A program made the translations under genes and the position numbers. The notes beneath the pieces were generated by a model. The model saw only the letters and a program-made list of their open reading frames with translations, was not told where the DNA came from and did not search any database. Positions 51,796 through 61,945 of a DNA stretch of 64,000 nt are shown here, one piece after another (position 1 is the first letter of the stretch; each line of letters opens with the position of its first letter). The DNA comes from Gemmatales bacterium (GTDB lineage: Bacteria; Planctomycetota; Planctomycetia; Gemmatales; HRBIN36), in assembly GCA_041640595.1 (NCBI GenBank), contig JBEPZY010000007.1, forward strand, positions 85,611 to 149,610, read 5' to 3'.

Positions 51796-52890
51796 ATGCG
51801 TCGCAGAAGCTCTTTGCTTTCCCGGCGGGGATTTACGCTGATCGAACTGCTGGTGGTCATTGCGATTATCGGGCTATTGATGGCCTTACTTTTACCGGCC
51901 ATCCAGCGTGTCCGCGAAGCCGCTAACCGTATGCGCTGTCAGAACAATCTGACCCAGATAGCCTTGGCCTGCCATAATCATCACAATGATTACAAGGTCT
52001 TTCCGACGGCAGGGATTTGGTGGAATTGGCCGTGGGTATATCGCAATGGCGTGCCAACTGCCGCCCCCCATCAGAACAGGAGTTTTCTCTTTCAAATCCT
52101 GCCGTACATGGAGTACAAGGATGTCTGGGCGTTAGGGCCTGGCCAGGAGGGAAGAGTAATCGGCACGGTCATTCCAACCTATTACTGTCCAAGCCGTCGC
52201 GCACCTGAGCCGGGTCCGCCGGTTGGCAACTGGGGCCAGGCGAACTGGATTGACATTGGCACCATGCAATCGGGTTCCACTGTGATATCGTCTTGGCGGC
52301 CTGGGAAGAATGATTACGCTAATCCATCCTCGTATGGCCCTATAACGCTGGGTGGCGTAACGTGCAATCCTTGCTGGCCCTGGGTTTGGTGGGGGTATGA
52401 ACGCACCCCCATTCTCTGCTTCGGGGGCTATGGCGATTTGAACCGGGCTAATGGTAGCCAGCCATGGCAGGAGAACTTGGAATACGCCGTCAGCCTGGAT
52501 GGCGGAGTCCGGGATGGTACCAACAATACCATCTTGGTAGCGGAGAAGTTTTTGCGGCCTGCGTGCTATCAGGCGAACTGCTACTACGACAATGAGGGTT
52601 ATGGAGGAGGTTGGGACAACGACACCGGGCCGCTGGTAGTTTTCCCCACGGACACCAATGGCTGGGCCAGGGTTCGGCCTATTCAGGACACAGACCTTCC
52701 GCCTATTGGACAATGGCCAGATGGGCAGGAAGGAAACCGTTTTGGATCGGCACATCCGAATTCTTTCAACGCAGTTTTCGCTGACCGCAGCGTTCGCCGG
52801 ATTCGCTACACCATCGATCTCAACTTGCTCGCAGCCTTGGTAAACCGAATGGACGGCTTGTCCATCGTTGATTGGACAGGGGTCGAGTAA
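51796..52890 (+). CDS. DUF1559 prepilin-type N-terminal cleavage/methylation protein (copy 1)
   Basis: [16 protein letters not shown]...[24 protein letters not shown] and SAHP motifs. Confidence 0.93.
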   Translation: MRRRSSLLSRRGFTLIELLVVIAIIGLLMALLLPAIQRVREAANRMRCQNNLTQIALACHNHHNDYKVFPTAGIWWNWPWVYRNGVPTAAPHQNRSFLFQILPYMEYKDVWALGPGQEGRVIGTVIPTYYCPSRRAPEPGPPVGNWGQANWIDIGTMQSGSTVISSWRPGKNDYANPSSYGPITLGGVTCNPCWPWVWWGYERTPILCFGGYGDLNRANGSQPWQENLEYAVSLDGGVRDGTNNTILVAEKFLRPACYQANCYYDNEGYGGGWDNDTGPLVVFPTDTNGWARVRPIQDTDLPPIGQWPDGQEGNRFGSAHPNSFNAVFADRSVRRIRYTIDLNLLAALVNRMDGLSIVDWTGVE

Positions 52891-53265
52891 CTGATACAGC
52901 AAACCGCTGCTTAGAATGGGCTTGCAGCAGTAAACTTGTGCAAAGGCGAAGAATGCAAGGCCGCTGGTTATAGGGGCTAGCTTTGGTAACTAGCTTTCGT
53001 AACGGTAGCCTTGCACGCGTGTCGCTTACTGATCCTCGACAATCTCAGCGAGGGAAGCGCTGGTCTTCCGGTAACCTTGGTTGTAATATGTGCTGAGTGT
53101 TGTCCGCGTGTGTCGTTAGGGTAGCAAGCAACTAATGGCCGGGGTCGTCCGGACAGCTGTGAGGATCCGTCCACGCTGCAGCTGCACCGAACCGACACAG
53201 CTATCCTACAGTCCCTTGCGGCACTCCGTGCCAGCTCGCTCTGCATCAGTGGTCGGGATTTTTTC

Positions 53266-53294
53266 TTGACTGAGCAATGGGTCCTGAACATAAT
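53266..53294 (+). promoter_or_regulatory. Candidate sigma70 promoter of DUF1559 copy 2
   Basis: TTGACT-17-CATAAT. Confidence 0.6.
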
Positions 53295-53426
53295 AGCAGG
53301 CATCAGAGAGTGAGAATGGAGGATGACAGCCTGCAGGCAAGGGGAATGGCTATTGGCTGAGGCGGGCGCGATCGGTACTGTAACGGCTAAGTCATGGCGA
53401 AGCGTGCTTCGCCCGAGCATTCTTTT

Positions 53427-53505
53427 TGCGCGTCAAAAGCGGGTCTGGTGTGGGGCCAGGCTCGATTACATTTTCAGGTATTTTCTGCACGTGGAGGGCC
53501 TTTCT
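53427..53505 (+). repeat. Conserved 5' leader with hairpin (copy 2)
   Basis: cgggtctgg-tgtgggg-ccaggctcg at 53440-53464. Confidence 0.85.
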
Positions 53506-54561
53506 ATGCGTCGCAGAATGTCTTTGCTTTCTCGGCGAGGATTTACGCTCATTGAACTGCTGGTGGTCATTGCGATTATCGGGCTATTGATGGCCTTACT
53601 TTTACCGGCCATCCAGCGTGTTCGCGAAGCCAGTAACCGTATGCGTTGCGCTAACAACCTGTCGCAAATGGCCATTGCCGCACACAATTACCACAATGAC
53701 TATAACCTGTTCCCGAGCGCTGGTGTTGGGTGGTCGAGTGCTCGCACGGTTACCAACGGGATGCCAGCACAAGCTCCGCTCCAGGCCTGGGGCTTTGGTT
53801 ACCAGTTGTTGCCTTATCTGGAGTACGGGAACCTGTTTAATCTTCCACCGCTTGCGACAGCGCCGTCGAATGAGGTAACCATTATCGCCACGCCGATCCC
53901 GGTGTACTATTGTCCCAGCCGTCGTAGGCCTTTCGTGCGCAGTAATATCGGCATCTGGGGAAACCACTTTACATGGCAGGAATCCACGACCGGTACAGTT
54001 GGGCCTCTTCCCAGTGGCGGGCAGAATGTCGCTGCCATGGACTACGTCCTCGCCATGGCGGAGCCCCGCACCGGCCAGATGATTGCCCCAACCGATCCGA
54101 GTGCTCTTACCTCGACTTATCAGCCGCCTTATGGGCAGTGGACTGCAACTGGGCTTATTGTTCGTTCTGGTTATGGGTTTAACACAAACATTTGGTGCAG
54201 CTTAGACGGCGGAGTGCCAGATGGTACTACGAACACGATTATGTTCGCGGAAAAGTTTATGCGCCCTAACGAATACACGGGCTGGGGCCAGGGCGATCAG
54301 GCAGACCACACCTGTGGCTGGGATCGCATTACTCGCCGAAATGGCAACTTTCAACCGATGCAGGATTATAACATTGCGACGTGGACAGCCTGGAACAGCC
54401 CTCCGGACGGCGCCTTTGGTTCCGCTCATCCGGGCAGCTTTAATGCTGTGATGGGCGACCGTTCCATCAGGCGTATCCGCTACAGCGTCAATGTTGGCAT
54501 TCTGACCCGGGCTTGCGTGCGAGACGACGGTCTGCAATTCTCCTTACAGAACCTGGAATAG
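53506..54561 (+). CDS. DUF1559 prepilin-type protein (copy 2)
   Basis: Same N-terminus as copy 1; YCPSRR, DGTTNT and SAHPGSFN motifs. Confidence 0.93.
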   Translation: MRRRMSLLSRRGFTLIELLVVIAIIGLLMALLLPAIQRVREASNRMRCANNLSQMAIAAHNYHNDYNLFPSAGVGWSSARTVTNGMPAQAPLQAWGFGYQLLPYLEYGNLFNLPPLATAPSNEVTIIATPIPVYYCPSRRRPFVRSNIGIWGNHFTWQESTTGTVGPLPSGGQNVAAMDYVLAMAEPRTGQMIAPTDPSALTSTYQPPYGQWTATGLIVRSGYGFNTNIWCSLDGGVPDGTTNTIMFAEKFMRPNEYTGWGQGDQADHTCGWDRITRRNGNFQPMQDYNIATWTAWNSPPDGAFGSAHPGSFNAVMGDRSIRRIRYSVNVGILTRACVRDDGLQFSLQNLE

Positions 54562-54584
54562 GTTTCGGCCAGAAAAATCAGCTC

Positions 54585-54625
54585 GAGCCGACCGGTTGAA
54601 CTTATCGCCGGTCGGCTCTTTCTTT
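54585..54625 (+). terminator. Rho-independent terminator after DUF1559 copy 2
   Basis: Perfect 11-bp stem gagccgaccgg/ccggtcggctc followed by tttcttt. Confidence 0.75.
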
Positions 54626-54704
54626 CCCCAAGGTAGATTCCACGCCGCCACGCTATTAGGTCCTGGAGCGGCAAGCTCTTGTGCTGATTTTCCGCTTTTT
54701 CATC

Positions 54705-54734
54705 TTGACGTCGCCTCGGGATTTTCTGTAAACT
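54705..54734 (+). promoter_or_regulatory. Candidate sigma70 promoter of DUF1559 copy 3
   Basis: TTGACG-18-TAAACT. Confidence 0.5.
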
Positions 54735-54845
54735 GGGTACTGTAAGGCGTCGGGTTAGTGGAGAAATCGCCTGCGCGGTGAGATAGGCTTCTATGAACAT
54801 GCCACGGCTAAACTGCTTGCCAGTGAGGTTACTTACAAGGTCTGA

Positions 54846-54927
54846 TTGTGCGCGTCAAAAGCGGGTCTGGTGTGGGGCCAGGCTCGATTACATTTCCAGG
54901 TATTTTTCACACGTGGAGGGCCTTTCT
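54846..54927 (+). repeat. Conserved 5' leader with hairpin (copy 3)
   Basis: cgggtctgg-tgtgggg-ccaggctcg at 54862-54886. Confidence 0.85.
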
Positions 54928-55986
54928 ATGCGTCGCAGAATGTCTTTGCTTTCTCGGCGAGGATTTACGCTCATTGAACTGCTGGTGGTCATTGCGATTA
55001 TCGGGCTGTTGATGGCCTTACTTTTACCGGCCATCCAGCGTGTCCGCGAAGCCAGCAACCGTATGCGTTGCGGGAATAACCTGTCGCAACTGTGTATCGC
55101 CGCTCACAATTTCCACAACGATTACAGGATTTTACCAAGCGGCGGTTACAGCTGGATCAACAACACGGGCACTGTCACCACAACGATAGACGGCGTGACT
55201 CACACATTCGCCGTCGGTGCCCGCATGTTCCGCAATGGTGTGCCAGTAGTGGCTCCGTTTCAGAATTGGGGATTCTTTTATCAGATCACGCCTTACCTGG
55301 AACTGGGAGATGTCTTCAACAGGCCGCAAGGACAGGAACATCTTATCGGCCAGACGGTGATTCCAACACTTTACTGTCCGAGCCGACGCCGACCGGCACC
55401 GGGACCAAACCGAACAGTGAACTGGCCCTCCTATGATTTGGGTACTGCTTCCGGGTCTAGCTATTCAGCCGCTTTTGCCCCGGGCAAAAATGATTACGCA
55501 CAGCCGGCGTGCAACGTTGACTTTCAGCCTCCGGGCCAGAATTTCACGTACACCAACGGAATGGGCCCATACGGGGACCGGAACCAGGCAGGTGGGCTGA
55601 TCATCCGGTCGGGCGGTAACCTGTGGAACCGCGTCGTGGACTTAGACGCAGGTGTTCCCGATGGAACGTCGAACACCGTGCTCTTGACCGAGAAATACAT
55701 GAACACCAACGAGTATTTTACCAATCCCGGCTACGACAACGAGGGTTGGGCCAACGGTTGGGATAATGATGCCGGCCCACTGTGGGCCTCCAATCAACCT
55801 ATGCAGGATACGATAATTGCCGCGCCTGCTAACCGGGTCGGCTCAGCACACCCCGGTTCCTTCAACGCCGTCATGGCCGACCGCACGGTTCGGCGCATTC
55901 GCTATACGTTCACTAACGTTCCTATGCTCATGTCGCTCATAGTCCGCGACGATGGCGGCATGATCGACTGGTCTCAAGTAGAGTAG
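54928..55986 (+). CDS. DUF1559 prepilin-type protein (copy 3)
   Basis: Same N-terminus as copies 1 and 2; YCPSRR, DGTSNT and SAHPGSFN motifs. Confidence 0.93.
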   Translation: MRRRMSLLSRRGFTLIELLVVIAIIGLLMALLLPAIQRVREASNRMRCGNNLSQLCIAAHNFHNDYRILPSGGYSWINNTGTVTTTIDGVTHTFAVGARMFRNGVPVVAPFQNWGFFYQITPYLELGDVFNRPQGQEHLIGQTVIPTLYCPSRRRPAPGPNRTVNWPSYDLGTASGSSYSAAFAPGKNDYAQPACNVDFQPPGQNFTYTNGMGPYGDRNQAGGLIIRSGGNLWNRVVDLDAGVPDGTSNTVLLTEKYMNTNEYFTNPGYDNEGWANGWDNDAGPLWASNQPMQDTIIAAPANRVGSAHPGSFNAVMADRTVRRIRYTFTNVPMLMSLIVRDDGGMIDWSQVE

Positions 55987-56395
55987 GTGCGAGCTACCTG
56001 CAGGTTTTACCGCAAATTAGAACCGCGTGATTTCGGAGCACACAATTACCAGCGCGGCAGGGGTGCCGGGCGGCGGTATCCCTGCCGATGCTGTTTTTGT
56101 CTTGACGATGCCAGTTGGACTCGTTGCAGTGGAGGTCACTTGGCCAGCTTTTCCGGCCGCATTCACAAGCGGAGCAATTTGCAGGACAGGTTCACGTTGT
56201 CCGGCAGCGCTGGGCGACTTATAATTGTTCGGGCGAAAGGACACGAAAGACAGTTCGTCGGCGTAAATCCGTGAGCACATTTCTGGTCGCCGACCCGGTG
56301 TGCCCGCTAATTGTCGGGAGTCTGTGGACTGCTGACGGCTGAAACGTCGGCGCGTGCGCAACAACGCGAACAGTTTTTCGATGGAGGGCGAGGCG

Positions 56396-57907
56396 ATGAC
56401 AGCGGTTACTCACGTGCCTCTGGTAGGCAAACATTTCCTGCGTGGTCGCTGGACGGAGGGGAAAGGAGCCCGGTTCGAGAGCCGAAATCCAGCTCGCTGG
56501 TCGGAAGTGGTTGGGGTGTTCCCTCAGGCTACCGCGGACGAGGTTGAAGAAGCTATTCGTGCGGCACGCGACGCGTACCCAAGCTGGCGGCGAATGAGCC
56601 GAATTTACCGGGCCGAACTGTTCGACCGCCTGGCGCAATTGATCAAGGCGGAAACAGAATCCTTGGCAGTTCTGATGGCTCGGGAGTGCGGCAAAGTGCT
56701 GAACGAGTGCCGCGCTGAAATCGTTGAAGGGTTGCACATGGTGCAATATGTGTTCGGCACAGCCCGCATGCCGATGGGCGAGGTTCTGGCGTCGGAAATC
56801 GCCGAAAAAGATGCTTACGTTCGCCGCAAGCCTCGCGGTGTTGCCGCCATCATCACGCCGTGGAACTTTCCCTTTGCTGTGCCGTTGTGGATGCTGGGGC
56901 CGAGTTTGCTCGAAGGCAACACGGTGATTTTCAAACCCTCCGAAGACACGCCGGCCATCGGACAGGCACTGGTGGAATTATTCGAGCGTGCCGGTTTTCC
57001 GCCTGGGGTGATCAACCTGGTTCACGGTGCGGGCGAGGTCGGCGAACTGCTGGTGCGCGACCCCCGCGTGAATCTGGTGCTCTTTACCGGCAGCTACGAA
57101 GTTGGGTCGAAAATCCAGCAACTCTCCGCCGGCATCGTCGATCGCATTTGTGCCTGCGAAATGGGGTCGAAGAGTGCCGTCATTGTCTGCGAGGATGCTC
57201 GCATGGATATTGCGGTGACCGCGGGCATTCTGAGTGCCTTCAAGACCAGCGGTCAGCGCTGTGTTTCCGCCGGGCGAATCCTCGTGCATGAGAAACGGTT
57301 CGAGGAATTTGCCGACCGGTTTGTGCAACTGGCACGCCGACTGAATATCGGCGACCCGCTGGATGAACGGAATTTCACCGGCCCGGTCATCAACGAAGCG
57401 GCCGTGCGAAAAATCAGCTACTACAACCAACTGGCACGCGAAGAGGGCGGAGAAGTATTGCTCGACGGTGGCCGAATGCTCGACGAAGCCCACCGCGATG
57501 GCTGGTACATGTCGCCGTTCATTTACCGCATCCATCATCGTCCGGGTATTCGTTGCATTCGCGAGGAAGTGTTTGGCCCGCACGTGGCGCTCATTCCCTT
57601 CGCCAGCAACGAGGAAGCCGCGGCCATTTACAACGATACCGACTACGGTCTTTCGCTGGCCGTGATTACTGAGGATTATCGCGCCATGCGCTATTTCCGT
57701 GAGGAATGCGATTTCGGCATGGGTTACGTTAACCTGCCCTGCATCGGTGCGGAAGTGCATCTGCCCTTCGGTGGCGTCAAGAAAAGCGGAAATGGTCGGC
57801 CCTCCGCTGCGGGGCTTATCGAAACCGTGACCCATCGCGCGGCCTGGACGGTTAACCACGGCCTGGAAATCAAAATGGCCCAGGGACTGAAGGCTACCCT
57901 CGATTAA
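56396..57907 (+). CDS. NAD(P)-dependent aldehyde dehydrogenase
   Basis: ITPWNFP, KPSEDTP, FTGS, EMGSK, SGQRC, EEVFGP and PFGGVKKSG motifs. Confidence 0.95.
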   Translation: MTAVTHVPLVGKHFLRGRWTEGKGARFESRNPARWSEVVGVFPQATADEVEEAIRAARDAYPSWRRMSRIYRAELFDRLAQLIKAETESLAVLMARECGKVLNECRAEIVEGLHMVQYVFGTARMPMGEVLASEIAEKDAYVRRKPRGVAAIITPWNFPFAVPLWMLGPSLLEGNTVIFKPSEDTPAIGQALVELFERAGFPPGVINLVHGAGEVGELLVRDPRVNLVLFTGSYEVGSKIQQLSAGIVDRICACEMGSKSAVIVCEDARMDIAVTAGILSAFKTSGQRCVSAGRILVHEKRFEEFADRFVQLARRLNIGDPLDERNFTGPVINEAAVRKISYYNQLAREEGGEVLLDGGRMLDEAHRDGWYMSPFIYRIHHRPGIRCIREEVFGPHVALIPFASNEEAAAIYNDTDYGLSLAVITEDYRAMRYFREECDFGMGYVNLPCIGAEVHLPFGGVKKSGNGRPSAAGLIETVTHRAAWTVNHGLEIKMAQGLKATLD

Positions 57908-57959
57908 TCGCTACCCTTTGTGGCGAGCGATACATCGCGGCAGCGAATCTGGTGAAACG

Positions 57960-59315
57960 ATGTGGCTATTTGACGGGGAAAAAGTACCGTGCATCCGGAT
58001 TCCACCTCCAGGGCCGAAAGCCCAGGCGCTGCTGGTACGCGACCAGCGAGTGATGTCGCCCTCGTACACACGCATCTATCCGCTGGTCGTGGAGCGTGCC
58101 AGTGGGGCCGTGGTACAGGATGTGGACGGTAACCTGTACCTGGACTTCACCGCCGGCATTGCCGTTACCAGCACCGGCCATTGCCATCCTTATGTCACCG
58201 CCGCCATCAAAGACCAGGCCGACAAATTGCTGCACATGTCCGGCACCGACTTTTATTACGAGCCGGAAATTGCTCTGGCGGAACGACTGGCGGAACTCGC
58301 TCCTGGGCCGGGACCCAAACGCGTCTTTTTCACCAATAGCGGTGCGGAATCGCTGGAAGCGGCTCTGAAACTGGCACGCTGGCATACCGGCCGGCCGCGG
58401 GCCATCGCTTTTTTAGGAGCGTTTCACGGCCGCACCTACGGTGCTATGTCGCTTTCCGGCTCGAAATTGACGCATCGCCGGGGCTTCGCGCCACTCGTAC
58501 CGGAAATCCACCATGCTCCGTTCCCCCGCGATTGTCTCGGTTGTCCGTCGGCGGGAGAGTGTCAGTGTGTGCAACAGATCGAAGAGACTCTTCTCAAGCG
58601 CATTGCTCCGCCGGACGAGGTGGCCGCGATCTTCGTCGAGCCAATCCAGGGCGAAGGTGGATATTACGTCCCGCCTGCGGGGTTTTTGCCTGCCCTGCGC
58701 GAATTGTGCGATCGCTACGGCATTTTGCTGGTGGCCGACGAAGTGCAAACGGGCATGGGGCGCACGGGGAAAATGTTCGCCGTCGAGCACTGGAATGTCG
58801 TGCCCGACATTATCTGCCTGGCCAAGGGGATCGCCAGCGGCCTGCCTCTGGGTGCGATGATCGCCCGTGCGGAGATTATGGACTGGCCGAGCGGCAGTCA
58901 TGCCTCCACGTTTGGCGGTAATCCGGTAAGCTGCCGAGCGGCACTGGCAACCATTGATCTGCTCGAAAACGGTCTGATGGACAACGCGGCGGAACGGGGC
59001 CGGCAATTGCGCGAAGGTTTGTTGCGGTTACAAAGCCGGTTTCCGCAACTGATAAGCCGGGTGCGCGGGCTTGGTTTGATGGTGGCCCACGATGTTCTGC
59101 GTGAGGGCGAACTCAGCACCGCGCTGCGCGATGAAATCGTCCAGCTGGCCTTTCGCCGCGGCTTGCTGCTGCTCGGTTGCGGTGATGCTGCCGTTCGCTT
59201 CTGCCCGCCTCTTTGCATTACTGCCGAACAGGTGCAGATCGCCCTGAACATCCTGGCGGACGTCTTCCAGGAGGTAACCACCCGCCGCCAGCTTGTTCTC
59301 GAAACCAGTCGCTGA
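57960..59315 (+). CDS. Class III PLP aminotransferase (4-aminobutyrate/acetylornithine family)
   Basis: NSGAES, FHGRT, EPIQGEGG, DEVQTGMGRTG, AKGIASG and STFGGNP motifs. Confidence 0.95.
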   Translation: MWLFDGEKVPCIRIPPPGPKAQALLVRDQRVMSPSYTRIYPLVVERASGAVVQDVDGNLYLDFTAGIAVTSTGHCHPYVTAAIKDQADKLLHMSGTDFYYEPEIALAERLAELAPGPGPKRVFFTNSGAESLEAALKLARWHTGRPRAIAFLGAFHGRTYGAMSLSGSKLTHRRGFAPLVPEIHHAPFPRDCLGCPSAGECQCVQQIEETLLKRIAPPDEVAAIFVEPIQGEGGYYVPPAGFLPALRELCDRYGILLVADEVQTGMGRTGKMFAVEHWNVVPDIICLAKGIASGLPLGAMIARAEIMDWPSGSHASTFGGNPVSCRAALATIDLLENGLMDNAAERGRQLREGLLRLQSRFPQLISRVRGLGLMVAHDVLREGELSTALRDEIVQLAFRRGLLLLGCGDAAVRFCPPLCITAEQVQIALNILADVFQEVTTRRQLVLETSR

Positions 59316-59342
59316 CGACCAATCGTCGGCGAAAACAGCAGT

Positions 59343-61916
59343 TTATACAGACGCGCTCTCTCCGGTCCGCTGCGATGGCAAAACCGGCGAACCGACGTCA
59401 GCACCGTTTTCCAGCGGCATCTGTGCATGAAGGCTGACAAGTTCCCGCCAATCTGAGCGATGTGTCAGCCGCAAGAGTAACGGCAGCAACACCAGGTTTC
59501 CGATGACCCCTCCAAGTAAAGCCAGGGCCGACAGCAACCCGAAATGGACCAGCGGGATAAACCGCGATTGCGTAAGCACACTGAAACCGAGCACCAGGGC
59601 GAAACTGGCTACCAGCAATGCCGCACCGGTGCTGCGATGCGTGCGTATCAATGCAACGGCAAAACTTTGGCCGGCCAATTGTTCCTCCCGCAGCCGATAC
59701 AGATACAGCAAGCTGCTGTCAATGGTCATGCCCATAGCCACACTGGCCAGCATCGCCGTGGCAATGTTCACCGGCAAACCAATCCAGCCCATGGTGCCGA
59801 CTACCGCCAGCACCGGTAACACGGTCGGCACCAGGGCAATCAGTGCCAGTTTCCATCGCTGAAACGCCAGGACGGCCATGAGAAACATACAAGCCAGCGA
59901 TACCAGGGTTGTATAGGCCTGGTCACGCAGGACGCTTTCGATAAGGCCAGCCAGCATCAGATAAACACCGGTTAGTTGATATTCGGCTTGCGCGCCAAGC
60001 GTTTCCTGACAGCATGCATCAATCTGGGCGAGTAATTTTCGCTTGGCCCAGGCACTAAGTCGTTCGCGGGCTTGCAGTAAGATGCGTAGCTTGCGCTCCT
60101 CCCGGTTCCAGAAACTAAACAAAACCGCGTTTTCCTGGATCTTTTGCCAGACACCAGCCGGTACAAGTGCGGCCCGCACACCGAGTTCTTTTTTCGCATT
60201 TGGCAAGTCACCAGCTAACATAAACAAACGCGCCCGCGGTGTCAGCCAGCTGGCCACGACAGGAATGTTGTCCATGAAATCATAGAAGTCGGGAATGCTG
60301 ATGGCCTTGGTGATGCCTTTCACCGTTTCGCCGCTTTCCAATGTAATTTCTATACTCGTCAGGCGGTCTTGAAGCATTTGCAACTGTCTTAGATAACTGC
60401 TCAACTCCTCGTTGCTAAGACTGAACAAATCCGGCGTTGAAAGGATTAACTCGAGCTGACCGGCACCACCGTAATAATCCTCAATGAAGCGGTAGGATTG
60501 ATAGACGCCCGTCTCAGAGCGAAAGTTGTTAGTAAAATCCGTTTGCGGCTGTAAGCGTGTCATTCCTAAGGCAAGTGTGGCCATGGGTAACAGCAAACCA
60601 CAGCCACACATCCACGGTCGGCTATCCAGCACTAATAACAGGCGGTTCAAGCTGTTTTGCATCCACGATGGGATCTGCACAGTGTAAGCCGGTTGCGATT
60701 GCCAGCCCATCGCGGTCAAGGGGAAGAAAAACAGCGTTGCCACGCCAACTAAACCAGTAGCCAATGCCATAATCATCCCAAAGTCATAAACGGGTTTAAT
60801 TTGACATACCAGCAATGCTGCGAAGCCACCCGCCGTAGTCAAAATAACCCAGAAGAGAGCCGGGCCTAAGTACCGTAACGTTTGTTGCAAGGCCAGTTGA
60901 GAATCCATACGCTGTCTCAGTTCCTTGTAGTGAAGGCCCAGATGAACTACAGAAGTGACACCTATCACAGCCACCAGCGAACTGATGGCGGAGCCTACCA
61001 TCGTCATTTCTCCGCGTACCAGGCTCCAGATGGCTTCAGACCAGGTTAGGGTGCTATAAATCACCAGGAACGGCAAAATGAGCCAGCGCGCGCTGGCCAG
61101 CACATCGCCCATTCCGCGCAGCAAGCTGACTTGACCTAGCCGATAGCGAATCCATGCCTGACGCAGCTCTGGAACCACAAAGGCACCGGTAATGACGATG
61201 GCCATCAGTAACACCGAGAAGAATTGCAAGCGCCGCCCATCCTGGGCCGTGTATTCGTAAACATCATGGATCATAAGCAGGGTGCCAGCGGTATAAGGCC
61301 CCTCCAGTTGCGGAATGTTTTCGCTTTGCATAAACTCCTGGGCAGTGCGGCGAATGGTTTCCAGTTTTTGTCCGGCTTCTTCCGGTTTACCTAACTCGCG
61401 ATGCAACTGGACAACCAGAGCCGTCGTGATCGCGTCAGGGCCTAACGTTACGCCAGCGTATAACCGCGTCTTCTCAACTTTTTCGCGCAACTTAGTCACA
61501 TCGCCATCGTGGCCAGCTCGTTTGACAGCTTCTCCTATCGTCAGCATTGGGTTGGTAGGTGCGGGGCTATTAGCCAGTGCGACCACCCGGTGTACGCCGG
61601 GACAAGTTTCCAGGCGATGGGCTAACCGTAATTGCCGGTCCATGCCTTCCGCAGTCCACAATTGAGGATCGCGATAAACCACTAACAACGTGTGCTCACT
61701 AGCGAACCACTCCCTTGATTTGCGGTAAAATTGCAAGTGCCTGTCGTGTTCCGGAAAGAAACTCTCCATGGAACGGTTATAGTAAACCGGGTGAGAGGAT
61801 AAGTACCGGTACGCGACCACTAGCAGGATTAGTCCTACTAGAAAAAGCACCAAACGCCAACGAACTAGCTGCCAGCATAACCAATTTGCCGATGGGCGAA
61901 CCGGATTTTGCAACAT
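59343..61916 (-). CDS. MMPL/RND-superfamily transporter
   Basis: 857 aa with two TM+loop repeats; TTAGGFAALL, SVAMGMTID and LGFSVL motifs. Confidence 0.88.
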   Translation of the reverse strand: MLQNPVRPSANWLCWQLVRWRLVLFLVGLILLVVAYRYLSSHPVYYNRSMESFFPEHDRHLQFYRKSREWFASEHTLLVVYRDPQLWTAEGMDRQLRLAHRLETCPGVHRVVALANSPAPTNPMLTIGEAVKRAGHDGDVTKLREKVEKTRLYAGVTLGPDAITTALVVQLHRELGKPEEAGQKLETIRRTAQEFMQSENIPQLEGPYTAGTLLMIHDVYEYTAQDGRRLQFFSVLLMAIVITGAFVVPELRQAWIRYRLGQVSLLRGMGDVLASARWLILPFLVIYSTLTWSEAIWSLVRGEMTMVGSAISSLVAVIGVTSVVHLGLHYKELRQRMDSQLALQQTLRYLGPALFWVILTTAGGFAALLVCQIKPVYDFGMIMALATGLVGVATLFFFPLTAMGWQSQPAYTVQIPSWMQNSLNRLLLVLDSRPWMCGCGLLLPMATLALGMTRLQPQTDFTNNFRSETGVYQSYRFIEDYYGGAGQLELILSTPDLFSLSNEELSSYLRQLQMLQDRLTSIEITLESGETVKGITKAISIPDFYDFMDNIPVVASWLTPRARLFMLAGDLPNAKKELGVRAALVPAGVWQKIQENAVLFSFWNREERKLRILLQARERLSAWAKRKLLAQIDACCQETLGAQAEYQLTGVYLMLAGLIESVLRDQAYTTLVSLACMFLMAVLAFQRWKLALIALVPTVLPVLAVVGTMGWIGLPVNIATAMLASVAMGMTIDSSLLYLYRLREEQLAGQSFAVALIRTHRSTGAALLVASFALVLGFSVLTQSRFIPLVHFGLLSALALLGGVIGNLVLLPLLLRLTHRSDWRELVSLHAQMPLENGADVGSPVLPSQRTGESASV

Positions 61917-61945
61917 ACGGATACATAGCTCCTTGCGGAGGTGGC

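Noticed and set aside
51661..54927. N-terminal ORF extensions of the DUF1559 genes ([11 protein letters not shown]...)
   Set aside because: A GGAGG RBS precedes the MRRR ATG and the prepilin leader begins there. The shared peptide simply reflects the conserved leader DNA.
51796..55986. Diversity-generating retroelement or shufflon
   Set aside because: No reverse transcriptase, template repeat with adenine-specific mismatches, recombinase or inverted cassettes are visible. All three genes are complete.
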